From Patescibacteria group bacterium (lineage in GTDB: Bacteria > Patescibacteriota > Patescibacteriia > UBA10025 > JAHIVO01): 64,000 nt of DNA. Shown here one piece after another: positions 56,231 to 64,000 of the stretch. A program made the position numbers and the translations under genes. The notes beneath the pieces are model-generated. The model searched no databases and had not been told where the DNA came from. It saw only the letters and a program-made list of their open reading frames with translations. The DNA is taken from contig JBAZKE010000001.1 of the NCBI GenBank assembly GCA_041650915.1, positions 315,284 through 379,283 on the forward strand, in the 5' to 3' direction. Position 1 is the stretch's first letter. Every line of letters begins with the position of its first letter.

Positions 56231-57781
56231 ATGAACAGGTATGAACCAGTGATCGGCCTCGAGATTCATGTCCAGCTCAAAACCGTGAGCAAGATGTTTT
56301 GTTCGTGCGATAACACCGGCGAAGACCAACCGCCCAACACAACGATCTGCCCGATTTGCCTCGGCCACCCAGGCGTCCTCCCGATGCCGAACGAACAGGC
56401 GGTCAGGTGGGCTCTCATGGCTGCACTGGCGCTCGACTGCACGATCAATACGGAGACGCACTTTGACCGCAAGAGCTACTTCTATCCCGATTTGCCGAAG
56501 GGCTACCAGATATCGCAGTACGGCGCGCCGTTCGGGCACGACGGCCACCTGCTCATCGCGTTTGGAAAGACGAAACGCCGCGTACGCATCGAGCGCGTCC
56601 ACCTCGAAGAGGATACGGGCAAACTCCTGCACGAAGCTGATAGGGGCGCGAGCCTCGTAGACTACAACCGTGCCGGGACTCCGCTGCTGGAGATCGTAAC
56701 GCGTCCGGACCTGCAGACGCCGCAGGGTGCGCGGACATTTCTCCAGGAGCTCAGGCTCATCATGCGGTACCTCGGCATTTCAGATGCGGAAATGGAGAAG
56801 GGGCACCTGCGGTGCGATGCGAACATTTCACTGCGGCCAAATCCTGAGTATTTTCAGGATCGGGCGTCCGAAGGGAGCATCGGGCTTGATCCGAACAAAC
56901 TCTATCCGAAAACGGAAATCAAGAACCTCAATTCTTTCCGGTCGGTCGAGCGTTCGCTCGCATACGAGATTAAACGGCAGGAGGAGCTCTGGGACAAGGG
57001 CGAAGCTCCGCAGGTCCAGTCGACCCGCGGCTGGGACGATCAGAAGGGGGAGACGGTGCTCCAGCGCGTCAAGGAAGAACAGCATGACTACCGATACTTT
57101 CCAGAGCCGGATATACCGCCGCTCAGGATCGAGCAAGCCTGCCTGGATGGCATTCGGGAGGAACTGGTTGAGCTGCCGAGTGCGAAGCGCGAACGGTTCC
57201 GAGACGAGTTCGGGCTTGGCGAATACGATGTTACTATCCTCGTGGCTGACAAGGCGCTGTCGAGTTTTTTTGAGCAGGTGGTTTCCGAGCTGCGGGCATG
57301 GGTTTTAACGTTAGAACATGGCGGGGAAACCGAGGAGGAGATGTGGGCGCTGCATCGGAAGAAGCTGGTCAAGACAGCGGCCAACTGGATGATCAGCAGG
57401 CTGCTGGGGCTCCTCAACGCCGCGCACGTGCCCATCAAGAAGGCAAAGGTAACTCCGGAAAATTTTGCAGAACTCATCAAACTCGTGCATGAGCGCAGGC
57501 TCAACAAGCAGACCGCGGTCAGCGTGCTTGAGAAAATGTTCGGAACGGGCAAAGACCCCTCCGGTATCATGGAAGATGAAGATTTGAGCGGGCAAACCGA
57601 GGCTGGCGATCTGGGGCGGTTCGTCGATGGTGCGATTGCCCAGCATGAGAAGGCGGTCGCTGAGTACCGGGCGGGAAAGGAACCGGCGCTCCAGTACCTA
57701 ATCGGCCAGGTAATGAAAAAAACCAAGGGCAGGGCAGACGTGCAAGAGATCAAAAAACTGCTGCTGCTCAAGCTGCAGTAA
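56231..57781 (+). CDS. gatB: Asp-tRNA(Asn)/Glu-tRNA(Gln) amidotransferase subunit B
   Basis: IGLEIHVQL, YFYPDLPKGYQISQ, LRCDANIS, EIKNLNS, DYRYFPEPD; ATG 56231. Confidence 0.97.
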   Translation: MNRYEPVIGLEIHVQLKTVSKMFCSCDNTGEDQPPNTTICPICLGHPGVLPMPNEQAVRWALMAALALDCTINTETHFDRKSYFYPDLPKGYQISQYGAPFGHDGHLLIAFGKTKRRVRIERVHLEEDTGKLLHEADRGASLVDYNRAGTPLLEIVTRPDLQTPQGARTFLQELRLIMRYLGISDAEMEKGHLRCDANISLRPNPEYFQDRASEGSIGLDPNKLYPKTEIKNLNSFRSVERSLAYEIKRQEELWDKGEAPQVQSTRGWDDQKGETVLQRVKEEQHDYRYFPEPDIPPLRIEQACLDGIREELVELPSAKRERFRDEFGLGEYDVTILVADKALSSFFEQVVSELRAWVLTLEHGGETEEEMWALHRKKLVKTAANWMISRLLGLLNAAHVPIKKAKVTPENFAELIKLVHERRLNKQTAVSVLEKMFGTGKDPSGIMEDEDLSGQTEAGDLGRFVDGAIAQHEKAVAEYRAGKEPALQYLIGQVMKKTKGRADVQEIKKLLLLKLQ

Positions 57782-57790
57782 GCTGGCGGG

Positions 57791-58132
57791 CTACTCGGTC
57801 CGTACTGATTCGAGGCCCGGTTTTCTCTTTTCGGATCGTTTTGTTTTGTATTTTTCGATCTGCCTGATCAGCTTCGGTACGCATAGGTCGATCGCCTCGC
57901 GCATCGTCTGCCCCTTTTGTCCCGCCTTGATGATTTTTTTCGAGAGGACGATAGACATCTCTACGCGGAACACAAGCCCGGTCCGCTGGTTTTTATCGTG
58001 GTCGAGCTCGACTTTCATTTCCTGGACCGGCACGGGGGAAAACTTTTCAGCATGGCGCATTTGCTTGGTTACGTAGTCCGTAAGCGTCGGGGTGATTTTA
58101 AATGTCTTTGCGCTGATAATGAGTGGCGGCAT
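57791..58132 (-). CDS. hpf: ribosome hibernation factor / ribosomal subunit interface protein (short HPF/RaiA)
   Basis: I.AK..KITPTL.DYV..., 'EAIDL...KL.RQIEKYK'. Confidence 0.85.
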   Translation of the reverse strand: MPPLIISAKTFKITPTLTDYVTKQMRHAEKFSPVPVQEMKVELDHDKNQRTGLVFRVEMSIVLSKKIIKAGQKGQTMREAIDLCVPKLIRQIEKYKTKRSEKRKPGLESVRTE

Positions 58133-58180
58133 AGTTTTTCTTTTAGTATTCTTCCATTGTATTCGATTTTGCGCAACCGG

Positions 58181-59068
58181 TCAACCGAGGAAGCGTTTTA
58201 CCAATTGGGTTGCTTCTTCCTGGCTCTTGACCCAGCGGATATGCTTGTCACGCTGCAGCCAGGTCATCTGCCGCTTGGCAAAGTGCTTGATTGCAACTTT
58301 CAGCTGCCCAGCCATCTCATCTCTCAAGAGCTTGCCCTGCAGGAACAGGCTGATGTACCGGTACTCGAGCCCGAGCGCGTGGAGGCGTTTCCAGCTCACA
58401 CCGTGCTCGTGCAGATTGCGTACCTCGGCGATCATGCCCTGTTTGAACCGTTTGGCGAGCCGTTCGTCAATCCGCCGGTACAGGATTGCACGCGGGTGGG
58501 TAATGCCGAGCATGAGAGTACGGTACGGCGAATGGCGGCCGAGCTTGGGAACCGGTTTTCCGGTCGCCTGTACGATCTCAATTGCGCGGATGAGCCGGTA
58601 CGGATTGTGCGGGTCAATAGCCTTAGCGCGCTGCGGATCGAGCTTCCTGAGCATTGCGTGGAGCCGCGCGGGAGTTTCGCCCTTCAGGCGCGCCCGCAGC
58701 TTGGCGTCCGGTTTTACGTGCGGAATATCCAGATCGTATACAACGGCATCGACCCAGAATGCAGTTCCGCCGACGAGAAACGGAATGTGATTACGCGAAT
58801 GTATTTCACCGATAGTTTTGACCGCATCCCGCTTGAAGTGCGCGATAGTGTACTGCCGTTTGGGGGATGCGACATCGAGCAGGTGGTGCGGAGCCTGGCG
58901 CTGCTCGTGCTGTGAGGCTTTCCCTGACCCGATGTCCATGCCGCTATATACCTGCCGTGAGTCTGCTGAAACAACCTCACCGTTGAACTTTTTAGCGAGG
59001 GCAATCGAGAGCGCGGTTTTTCCTGCGCCGTTCGGGCCGACGATTGCTATGAGCGGCTTTTTTTGCAT
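58181..59068 (-). CDS. miaA: tRNA dimethylallyltransferase
   Basis: GPNGAGKT, SADSRQVY, VGGT.FW, RLIRAIE, AKRQMTW. Confidence 0.96.
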   Translation of the reverse strand: MQKKPLIAIVGPNGAGKTALSIALAKKFNGEVVSADSRQVYSGMDIGSGKASQHEQRQAPHHLLDVASPKRQYTIAHFKRDAVKTIGEIHSRNHIPFLVGGTAFWVDAVVYDLDIPHVKPDAKLRARLKGETPARLHAMLRKLDPQRAKAIDPHNPYRLIRAIEIVQATGKPVPKLGRHSPYRTLMLGITHPRAILYRRIDERLAKRFKQGMIAEVRNLHEHGVSWKRLHALGLEYRYISLFLQGKLLRDEMAGQLKVAIKHFAKRQMTWLQRDKHIRWVKSQEEATQLVKRFLG

Positions 59069-59147
59069 TGACAATTCTCCTGGTTATTTGGTAGTTTCAA
59101 TTAACATAGTACACCATATTTAACAATGCGAGGAGAGAGGAGGCCGC

Positions 59148-59603
59148 ATGGCTTTCGTTTTCGTATTTGAGAAATACGCAGGGGATACGCCCGGACCGAT
59201 TGCAGCGGCATTGACAAATAGCGGGCACTTTATCCATTGCTCTCGGGACCCCGATGATGCGTTCAGACGCTTTACGGGAGTAAACTACGCCGCGATCATC
59301 ATTGACCTTACCGATTGCCGTGATTCGATGGCGCAGGATTTCATGATGAGGGTGAAGGAGCTCTATCCGACGACGCCGGTCATTGTCTATACTCAATGGA
59401 GTGGAGAGCTCCGGAGCAAGTCAAGGGTGTGGGGTTTCAAAGAAGCCGTGCTCGCGGCAAAAATGCTGCTGTTGTTGGACAAGGGCGCTGAGCTTACCAA
59501 CGAAGCGCTGTTCGGGCCGAGCGTCATCATTGTTGAGAGTATCTCAACGTTCCAAGCGCTTATGCCGTTGCTGTACCGGCGCGCTGAACGGCAGATTTGC
59601 TAG
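59148..59603 (+). CDS. degenerate receiver-like (CheY fold) protein
   Basis: FVFVFEK...AIIIDL...PTTPVIVYT; GGAGG SD; own promoter and terminator. Confidence 0.55.
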   Translation: MAFVFVFEKYAGDTPGPIAAALTNSGHFIHCSRDPDDAFRRFTGVNYAAIIIDLTDCRDSMAQDFMMRVKELYPTTPVIVYTQWSGELRSKSRVWGFKEAVLAAKMLLLLDKGAELTNEALFGPSVIIVESISTFQALMPLLYRRAERQIC

Positions 59604-59744
59604 TTCTGTACTTTTTTTCGGAAAGACCACGTCCAAATCCTCGCGGACGTGGTGTTTTCTTTGCGGCAGCCCTTGACAAAGTGGCGCATGTATGGTAGTC
59701 TGCTTGAAAACGTGTAACAAACAAGCCTGTAAGGAGGGAACCAC

Positions 59745-60125
59745 ATGGTGAAATTGCTCGTTGTAGATGATGAGGGTGAAATTCTTGATGTGATCGCTGA
59801 GGAACTGGATGGTTTGCACAAAGTGCATCCGGCGTCAAACAGCGACGAAGCGTTTGCAGTGCTCGGTGAGCAAACCATTGACGCTTTGCTCTGCGACGTT
59901 GACCTGGCTGACTCGGAATTGCAGGGCGATGAGCTCATGGCAGTTGTCCAGGCGGACTACCCGGGCGTCACTATTGTTGCGATGACCGGCGGCGTTTCGC
60001 AGAATCTGCCGTTCATTATGCACGCTGGCGTCCGCCATGTGCTCCGGAAGCCTTTCTCACGCAATGCGCTGATCAGCATCATCGATGAAGCGCTCGGAAT
60101 ACACAGGGATACCGTTAGCGTATAG
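59745..60125 (+). CDS. single-domain response regulator (CheY-like)
   Basis: LLVVDDE, LLCDV (phosphoacceptor Asp), AMTG, KPF; promoter TTGACA-17-TAGTCT at 59673-59701. Confidence 0.9.
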   Translation: MVKLLVVDDEGEILDVIAEELDGLHKVHPASNSDEAFAVLGEQTIDALLCDVDLADSELQGDELMAVVQADYPGVTIVAMTGGVSQNLPFIMHAGVRHVLRKPFSRNALISIIDEALGIHRDTVSV

Positions 60126-60258
60126 CACCGTGTATGTGCGCATCTGGCCGCGTCCATCCGATTTGGAGGCGGCCTTTTTCTTGACGCGATGTGCTGTTTT
60201 TGCTAGTATTTTTTAATAAAATAAAAACCGAACCAGGGATTTTTACCAGGAGGGTAGT

Positions 60259-60726
60259 ATGGCTGTTTCCAGGTTACCGTTGCTCACGTTCCAGATGAGC
60301 GCCAGGGAAAAGGGCACGTGCTTTGGACTTGCTGACATGCTTGATCGGGCGGGTTTTCGGATCGTGGATATCAACTGCTGTGAGCTGATTGAAACGTTTA
60401 TGCGGCTGCATCCGGACGGGGCGCGCTACCTCTTCCATGGGGTCGTCCTGTACGTTGGAGCGCTTGGCAGCCAGGAGTGCGGATCCGCGATGTGGCTGCT
60501 CAATAAGCTCAAAGATCTGGGGTGTACGCTCCCGTGCCTCGTGATCACGAGTACCGTCAGGAGGACGATCGAGAGCTTCGCTGCTAAGGATTTTCCGCGG
60601 GTAGTCCAGCTGAGATCGCCGCGGCAGTTCCCGAAACGGCGCCAGGGTACGTTTGAAGTATTCGTGATAGGGTGCCCTACGGACGTGGATCGGCTCATCC
60701 AGGCAGTGCAGCTTCTGCTGGAGTGA
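60259..60726 (+). CDS. hypothetical protein, possibly a highly degenerate receiver fold
   Basis: LADML..AGF...GVVLY...LK..G..LP.LVITS...P..VD.LIQAV; AGGAGG SD; promoter TTGACG-17-TAGTAT at 60181-60209. Confidence 0.55.
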   Translation: MAVSRLPLLTFQMSAREKGTCFGLADMLDRAGFRIVDINCCELIETFMRLHPDGARYLFHGVVLYVGALGSQECGSAMWLLNKLKDLGCTLPCLVITSTVRRTIESFAAKDFPRVVQLRSPRQFPKRRQGTFEVFVIGCPTDVDRLIQAVQLLLE

Positions 60727-60878
60727 GGCAGTTCGTCTGATCAGATTTGAACGCTTGACCGCGCTAACCCTTTTAGGAAGGCGCGGTTTTCTATTGCTTG
60801 ACAGAGCAGTCGATTTTTGTTATGCTTCAACGCCATCCAAACAACATTGTCCTTAAACAAATAAACAGGAGGTGTCCC

Positions 60879-61532
60879 GTGGCACAGAACAGAATCGTTC
60901 GAGTGCTTCAGGTCACCGCCATGAAGCACCCAGTCACAACGATGGCCGCGCTCTTCGGTTCGTATTTCGCGCTGTACCACTTTGTTGATCAGCTGCCATT
61001 TGCGAGAGAAATACTCGATACGCTCATGATGCTGTTCTCGAGCGAGACGGCGGTCGTCATGCTGTACCGTGCGGGGCAGCCGTTCAAAACCATCGTTACA
61101 CGGTTATTTCTCGCTGAGTCTTTTGTCTTCGTATTTGACCAGCTCGTCGTAACCGGCCTGCTGAGGTGGGGCTGGACCAGGGAATTGATTGATGCGCTGA
61201 GCCGCTGGGGTAAGGCATTTATCAGGGATATCAAAGCTAAATTCAGAGCGATGTTCCCTGAGTTGGCCAACTCTGACAGTGCATTCATGCGGTTCTTGAT
61301 GCGCCTTTTCAGTGCGTACCATGAACCGCACAAAGCCGGCCTGAAGATCGTCTTCGCACTGGGTTTAATACCAAAACCCCCGCTCATCCCGGTCGGCGGA
61401 TTCAGCATCGGCGTTCTCGTCGTACGGTACAACGGGTACGGCTGGCGCGGCTGGCTGGCGCTCCTTTCTGGCATGCTTTTACGAAACACACTCTGGCTCC
61501 TCGGCGTGTACGGAGTGGGTGCGCTCCTATGA
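60879..61532 (+). CDS. hypothetical membrane protein
   Basis: GTG start 60879 after AGGAGG; promoter TTGACA-17-TATGCT at 60798-60826; several TMs. Confidence 0.65.
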   Translation: MAQNRIVRVLQVTAMKHPVTTMAALFGSYFALYHFVDQLPFAREILDTLMMLFSSETAVVMLYRAGQPFKTIVTRLFLAESFVFVFDQLVVTGLLRWGWTRELIDALSRWGKAFIRDIKAKFRAMFPELANSDSAFMRFLMRLFSAYHEPHKAGLKIVFALGLIPKPPLIPVGGFSIGVLVVRYNGYGWRGWLALLSGMLLRNTLWLLGVYGVGALL

Positions 61533-62939
61533 CAGGCTGCTTTGTGTACGTTCTGTACTCACGGCGGCCTGTTTTCTTTTTCCAGCCAGGCCCCACGGGC
61601 TCGCTTTGGTTACGGTTACGCGCACGAATGTACCTGTTGCGTTTTTCCCCCGAAAACGGATTGATTTGTATGTATCAGTTTTTCCGACATTTTCTTTTTT
61701 TTGGGCATCGTACGATTCTACGAGCACCGCGACTTCATTTCCGATGAGTTCACGGTTTTTTTGGAGCGCGGTTTTCTCGAGCAGGGTGTTGAGTATCTGC
61801 TTCCTCCTCTTTTTTTCCGTACGCGGGACGTCGTCTTCAAAAAAGCGCGCTGCTGCGGTTCCAGGGCGGGGGGAGTATTCCGCGATGTACGCCATATCGT
61901 ACCGTACGGCTGCCATAAGATCGGCGGTGTGCTGAAACTGCTCTTCTGTTTCACCGGGAAAGCCGACGATCACGTCGGTTGTGATGGCGACGCCAGGCCA
62001 TGCGCTCCTGATTTTGTCGATGAGCCCGAGGTAGTACTCGCGCGTGTGGCGCCGGTTCATTCTCCTGAGAATTTCATCATCTCCGGACTGGATCGGCAGG
62101 TGAAGGTAGGGAGTGACCTTTTTGCATTTCGGCAGCGCAGCGATGAGTTCATCGGAAATATCCTGGGGATTTGAAGTAAGGAAACGCATCCAAAAATTAC
62201 CCTTGAGGCGGTTGAGTTTTATGAGGAGCTGTGCAAAGTCTTTCGGCACGTCCGTGGTCGCAGCGCGGAACTGGATCGGCTGGTCTCTGTCAAATTTCCA
62301 CTGGGCGCGGGCGCGCGATTCGATGAGCTCCGGATCGTGGGGAGCTTCGGGGTCAATGTATGCATTGACATTCTGCCCGAGCAGCATGATTTCGCGGTAT
62401 TCTGCCGCGATGAGCCCGCGTACCTCAGCGATGATATCGGCAGAAGGGCGCGATGCTTCCTCGCCGCGCGTGTAGGGGACCGCGCAGTACGTGCAGTAGT
62501 TGTTGCAGCCGGTCATGACCGGCACGTGCGCGATGAGCGGAGATGCGCGGTGCGGATCGAACGCGAGGTAGTCCGCGTTCGTGATCGCCTCGGCCGGTTT
62601 GTCTGCGGTCAGCCCGAGCAGGCGGGGCAGCCTGTGCATCTCGTGCGTACGGATGAGAATATCGAAGCGCTCGCGGAATTTTTTCCGGTCGTCCGGCAGT
62701 ACGCAGCCCGTGAGCACGGTTCTGATTTTTTTATCCCGCTGCCACGAGCGCCACCGTTCAAGCTTGCCAAAAATTTTATCGACCGCTTTCTGCCTGACTG
62801 AACAGGCGAAGACGATAATAACGTCAGCCGACCGTTCATCGTCCGTCTCGGTGCAACCGTACGCCCTGAGGATGCCCGACAGCCGTTCCGCATCGGACTC
62901 GTTCATCTGGCATCCGACGATGTAGAGGAAGTACTTCAT
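61527..62939 (-). CDS. miaB: tRNA-2-methylthio-N6-dimethylallyladenosine synthase (radical SAM)
   Basis: GCQMN..D, CSVR..A, GCNNYCTYC.VP, GQNVNAY, HLPIQSG, YSPRPGT, TRAM domain; miaA nearby. Confidence 0.93.
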   Translation of the reverse strand: MKYFLYIVGCQMNESDAERLSGILRAYGCTETDDERSADVIIVFACSVRQKAVDKIFGKLERWRSWQRDKKIRTVLTGCVLPDDRKKFRERFDILIRTHEMHRLPRLLGLTADKPAEAITNADYLAFDPHRASPLIAHVPVMTGCNNYCTYCAVPYTRGEEASRPSADIIAEVRGLIAAEYREIMLLGQNVNAYIDPEAPHDPELIESRARAQWKFDRDQPIQFRAATTDVPKDFAQLLIKLNRLKGNFWMRFLTSNPQDISDELIAALPKCKKVTPYLHLPIQSGDDEILRRMNRRHTREYYLGLIDKIRSAWPGVAITTDVIVGFPGETEEQFQHTADLMAAVRYDMAYIAEYSPRPGTAAARFFEDDVPRTEKKRRKQILNTLLEKTALQKNRELIGNEVAVLVESYDAQKKENVGKTDTYKSIRFRGKNATGTFVRVTVTKASPWGLAGKRKQAAVSTERTQSSLS

Positions 62940-63025
62940 ACGTAACCGTCATTGTAGAGGGTTAACCTTTTCTTTACAAGCCATTCGGTGCTATACTGGC
63001 AGCAGGAATGCTAAGCTTTCTGCGT

Positions 63026-63196
63026 ATGACTGATGCCGGCGAACAATTGAAAGAGGCAGGGGATAAATTCCCGCAAAAGGAAACGGCGGTAACGACCGAA
63101 CAGAAGATGGGCGTGGGCGTTAAAGTTTTGCTGACCATTATCGTTATTGGCGCCGTTGCCGCTGGCGTGTACGCCGCGCTCACGCTTTCGTCGTAA
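63026..63196 (+). CDS. small tail-anchored membrane protein
   Basis: Polar N-terminus with a C-terminal TM; followed by hairpin GCCGC...GCGGT and a T-tract. Confidence 0.5.
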   Translation: MTDAGEQLKEAGDKFPQKETAVTTEQKMGVGVKVLLTIIVIGAVAAGVYAALTLSS

Positions 63197-63238
63197 TATA
63201 TTTTACATTATTCGCCGCGTTTTTAGGCGGTTTTTTAG

Positions 63239-63285
63239 TTATCCACAGGCTGACCTTTGACCATGCTTAAAATAAGTTATAGACT
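63239..63285 (+). promoter_or_regulatory. DnaA box and sigma-70 promoter
   Basis: TTATCCACA (63239-47) followed by TTGACC-17-TAGACT (63257-85). Confidence 0.65.
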
Positions 63286-63291
63286 ATAATC

Positions 63292-63625
63292 CCTGACTGA
63301 GCTAATGGGGCTCTTTGTGAGGATTGAGCCCCAAAGGCTTGTTAGGTGTATTGGACAACTGGTCCACGTGGACTAGTTGTCTCAACAAAAAAGCGATCCT
63401 GCTCTTTTCTTGGCCAATTATTCTACCGTGCATGTGTGCTCTATACCTTCGGTGCCTGACTGGCAGCTTGCTGCCAACGGAACCAAGCACGGACGGCCGA
63501 ATGGCGTGATGTGAAAACGGCATCTTCGGGTGCCATAGCTCCAGCTCGAGCTGGACGTATTTCCTACGAAGGATCGCTTTGACAGTCGGTGGTGTCGCTC
63601 TTATAGGGCACCACCGATATTTTTT
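63292..63625 (+). ncRNA. candidate ~330-nt highly structured non-coding RNA (family not recognised)
   Basis: Promoter upstream, terminator at 63586-63625, at least 8 helices including the 11-bp long-range AAAGCGATCCT/AGGATCGCTTT and a cUUCGg loop; G-U pairs fit the + strand. Confidence 0.65.
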
Positions 63626-63630
63626 AATTT

Positions 63631-63666
63631 CCAAAAAACCGGATATAACATTCATCCGGTTTTTGG
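63631..63666 (-). terminator. intrinsic terminator of thrS
   Basis: AAAAACCGGAT...ATCCGGTTTTT. Confidence 0.8.
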
Positions 63667-63682
63667 TTGGTGCACTCTTAAG

Positions 63683-64000
63683 CTATTTCTTTTTCTCAAT
63701 CTCGGATTGCACCCGCTCGATGAATTTTTTTACCGTCGTTTTCACGAGCTGCTTCTTGCCGCGAATGCGGACATTGAGTGATGCGCTCTTTACTTCCTTA
63801 TCGCCGAGCACGAGCATGTACGGTATTTTTTTCTTTTCCGCAACTCTGATTTTATGGCCGACCGTCTCGTTGTCCGCATTCAATTCGGTCCGGATGCCTG
63901 ATTCGGAAAGCTGCTTCTCGAGTTTTTTTGCGCATGACACGTGCGTTTTGCCGACTGTCAGAATGACTACTTGAACCGGAGCAAGCCATATTGGAAATGC
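63683..64000 (-). CDS. thrS: threonine--tRNA ligase, C-terminal anticodon-binding domain (5'-truncated by the window edge)
   Basis: The minus frame reads AFPIWLAPVQVVIL...ETVGHKIR.AE..KIPYMLVLGDKE....NVR.RG. Confidence 0.9.
   Translation of the reverse strand, partial: AFPIWLAPVQVVILTVGKTHVSCAKKLEKQLSESGIRTELNADNETVGHKIRVAEKKKIPYMLVLGDKEVKSASLNVRIRGKKQLVKTTVKKFIERVQSEIEKKK

Noticed and set aside
63390-63580. Retron msr-msd interpretation of the long inverted repeat
   Set aside because: No reverse transcriptase is adjacent or anywhere in the window; kept only as an unknown ncRNA.

Overview
This is a 64 kb chromosomal window from a bacterium using the standard genetic code (TGA is used as a stop). 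It is most likely Patescibacteria/CPR, possibly an ABY1-type lineage; this is an inference from the Asn-rich stalks on membrane-anchored proteins, a large FG-GAP surface protein, SD-less core genes and the gene order. The left ~36 kb is accessory: two ABC systems, an ECF sigma/anti-sigma pair, a 1663-aa surface protein, a CYTH enzyme, an M32 carboxypeptidase, a glycoside hydrolase, two half-ferritin genes, an AT-rich Panacea/RelE-like toxin-antitoxin islet, msrB/msrA and many orphans. The right ~28 kb is mostly core: a UvrD-nuclease fusion, dciA-like, pheS-[EgtD-like methyltransferase]-pheT, gyrB, secE-nusG-rplK-[DUF5671]-rplA, a dCMP deaminase-dut-thyA-folA-tmk run, gatB, hpf, miaA, miaB and the 3' end of thrS. 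No tRNA, rRNA, CRISPR array, integrase or reverse transcriptase was recognised. Four signals stand out. (1) Two paralogous stand-alone GIY-YIG genes share a promoter, a covarying RBS hairpin and inverted TGTCAT-tagged palindromes, suggesting a REP/REPIN-like mobile system. (2) A ~330-nt highly structured transcription unit with its own promoter and terminator lies at 63.3 kb, a candidate novel ncRNA. (3) A second structured RNA or attenuator candidate lies at 31.2 kb. (4) An EgtD-family methyltransferase sits tightly between pheS and pheT. All calls were made by eye; no searches were run.
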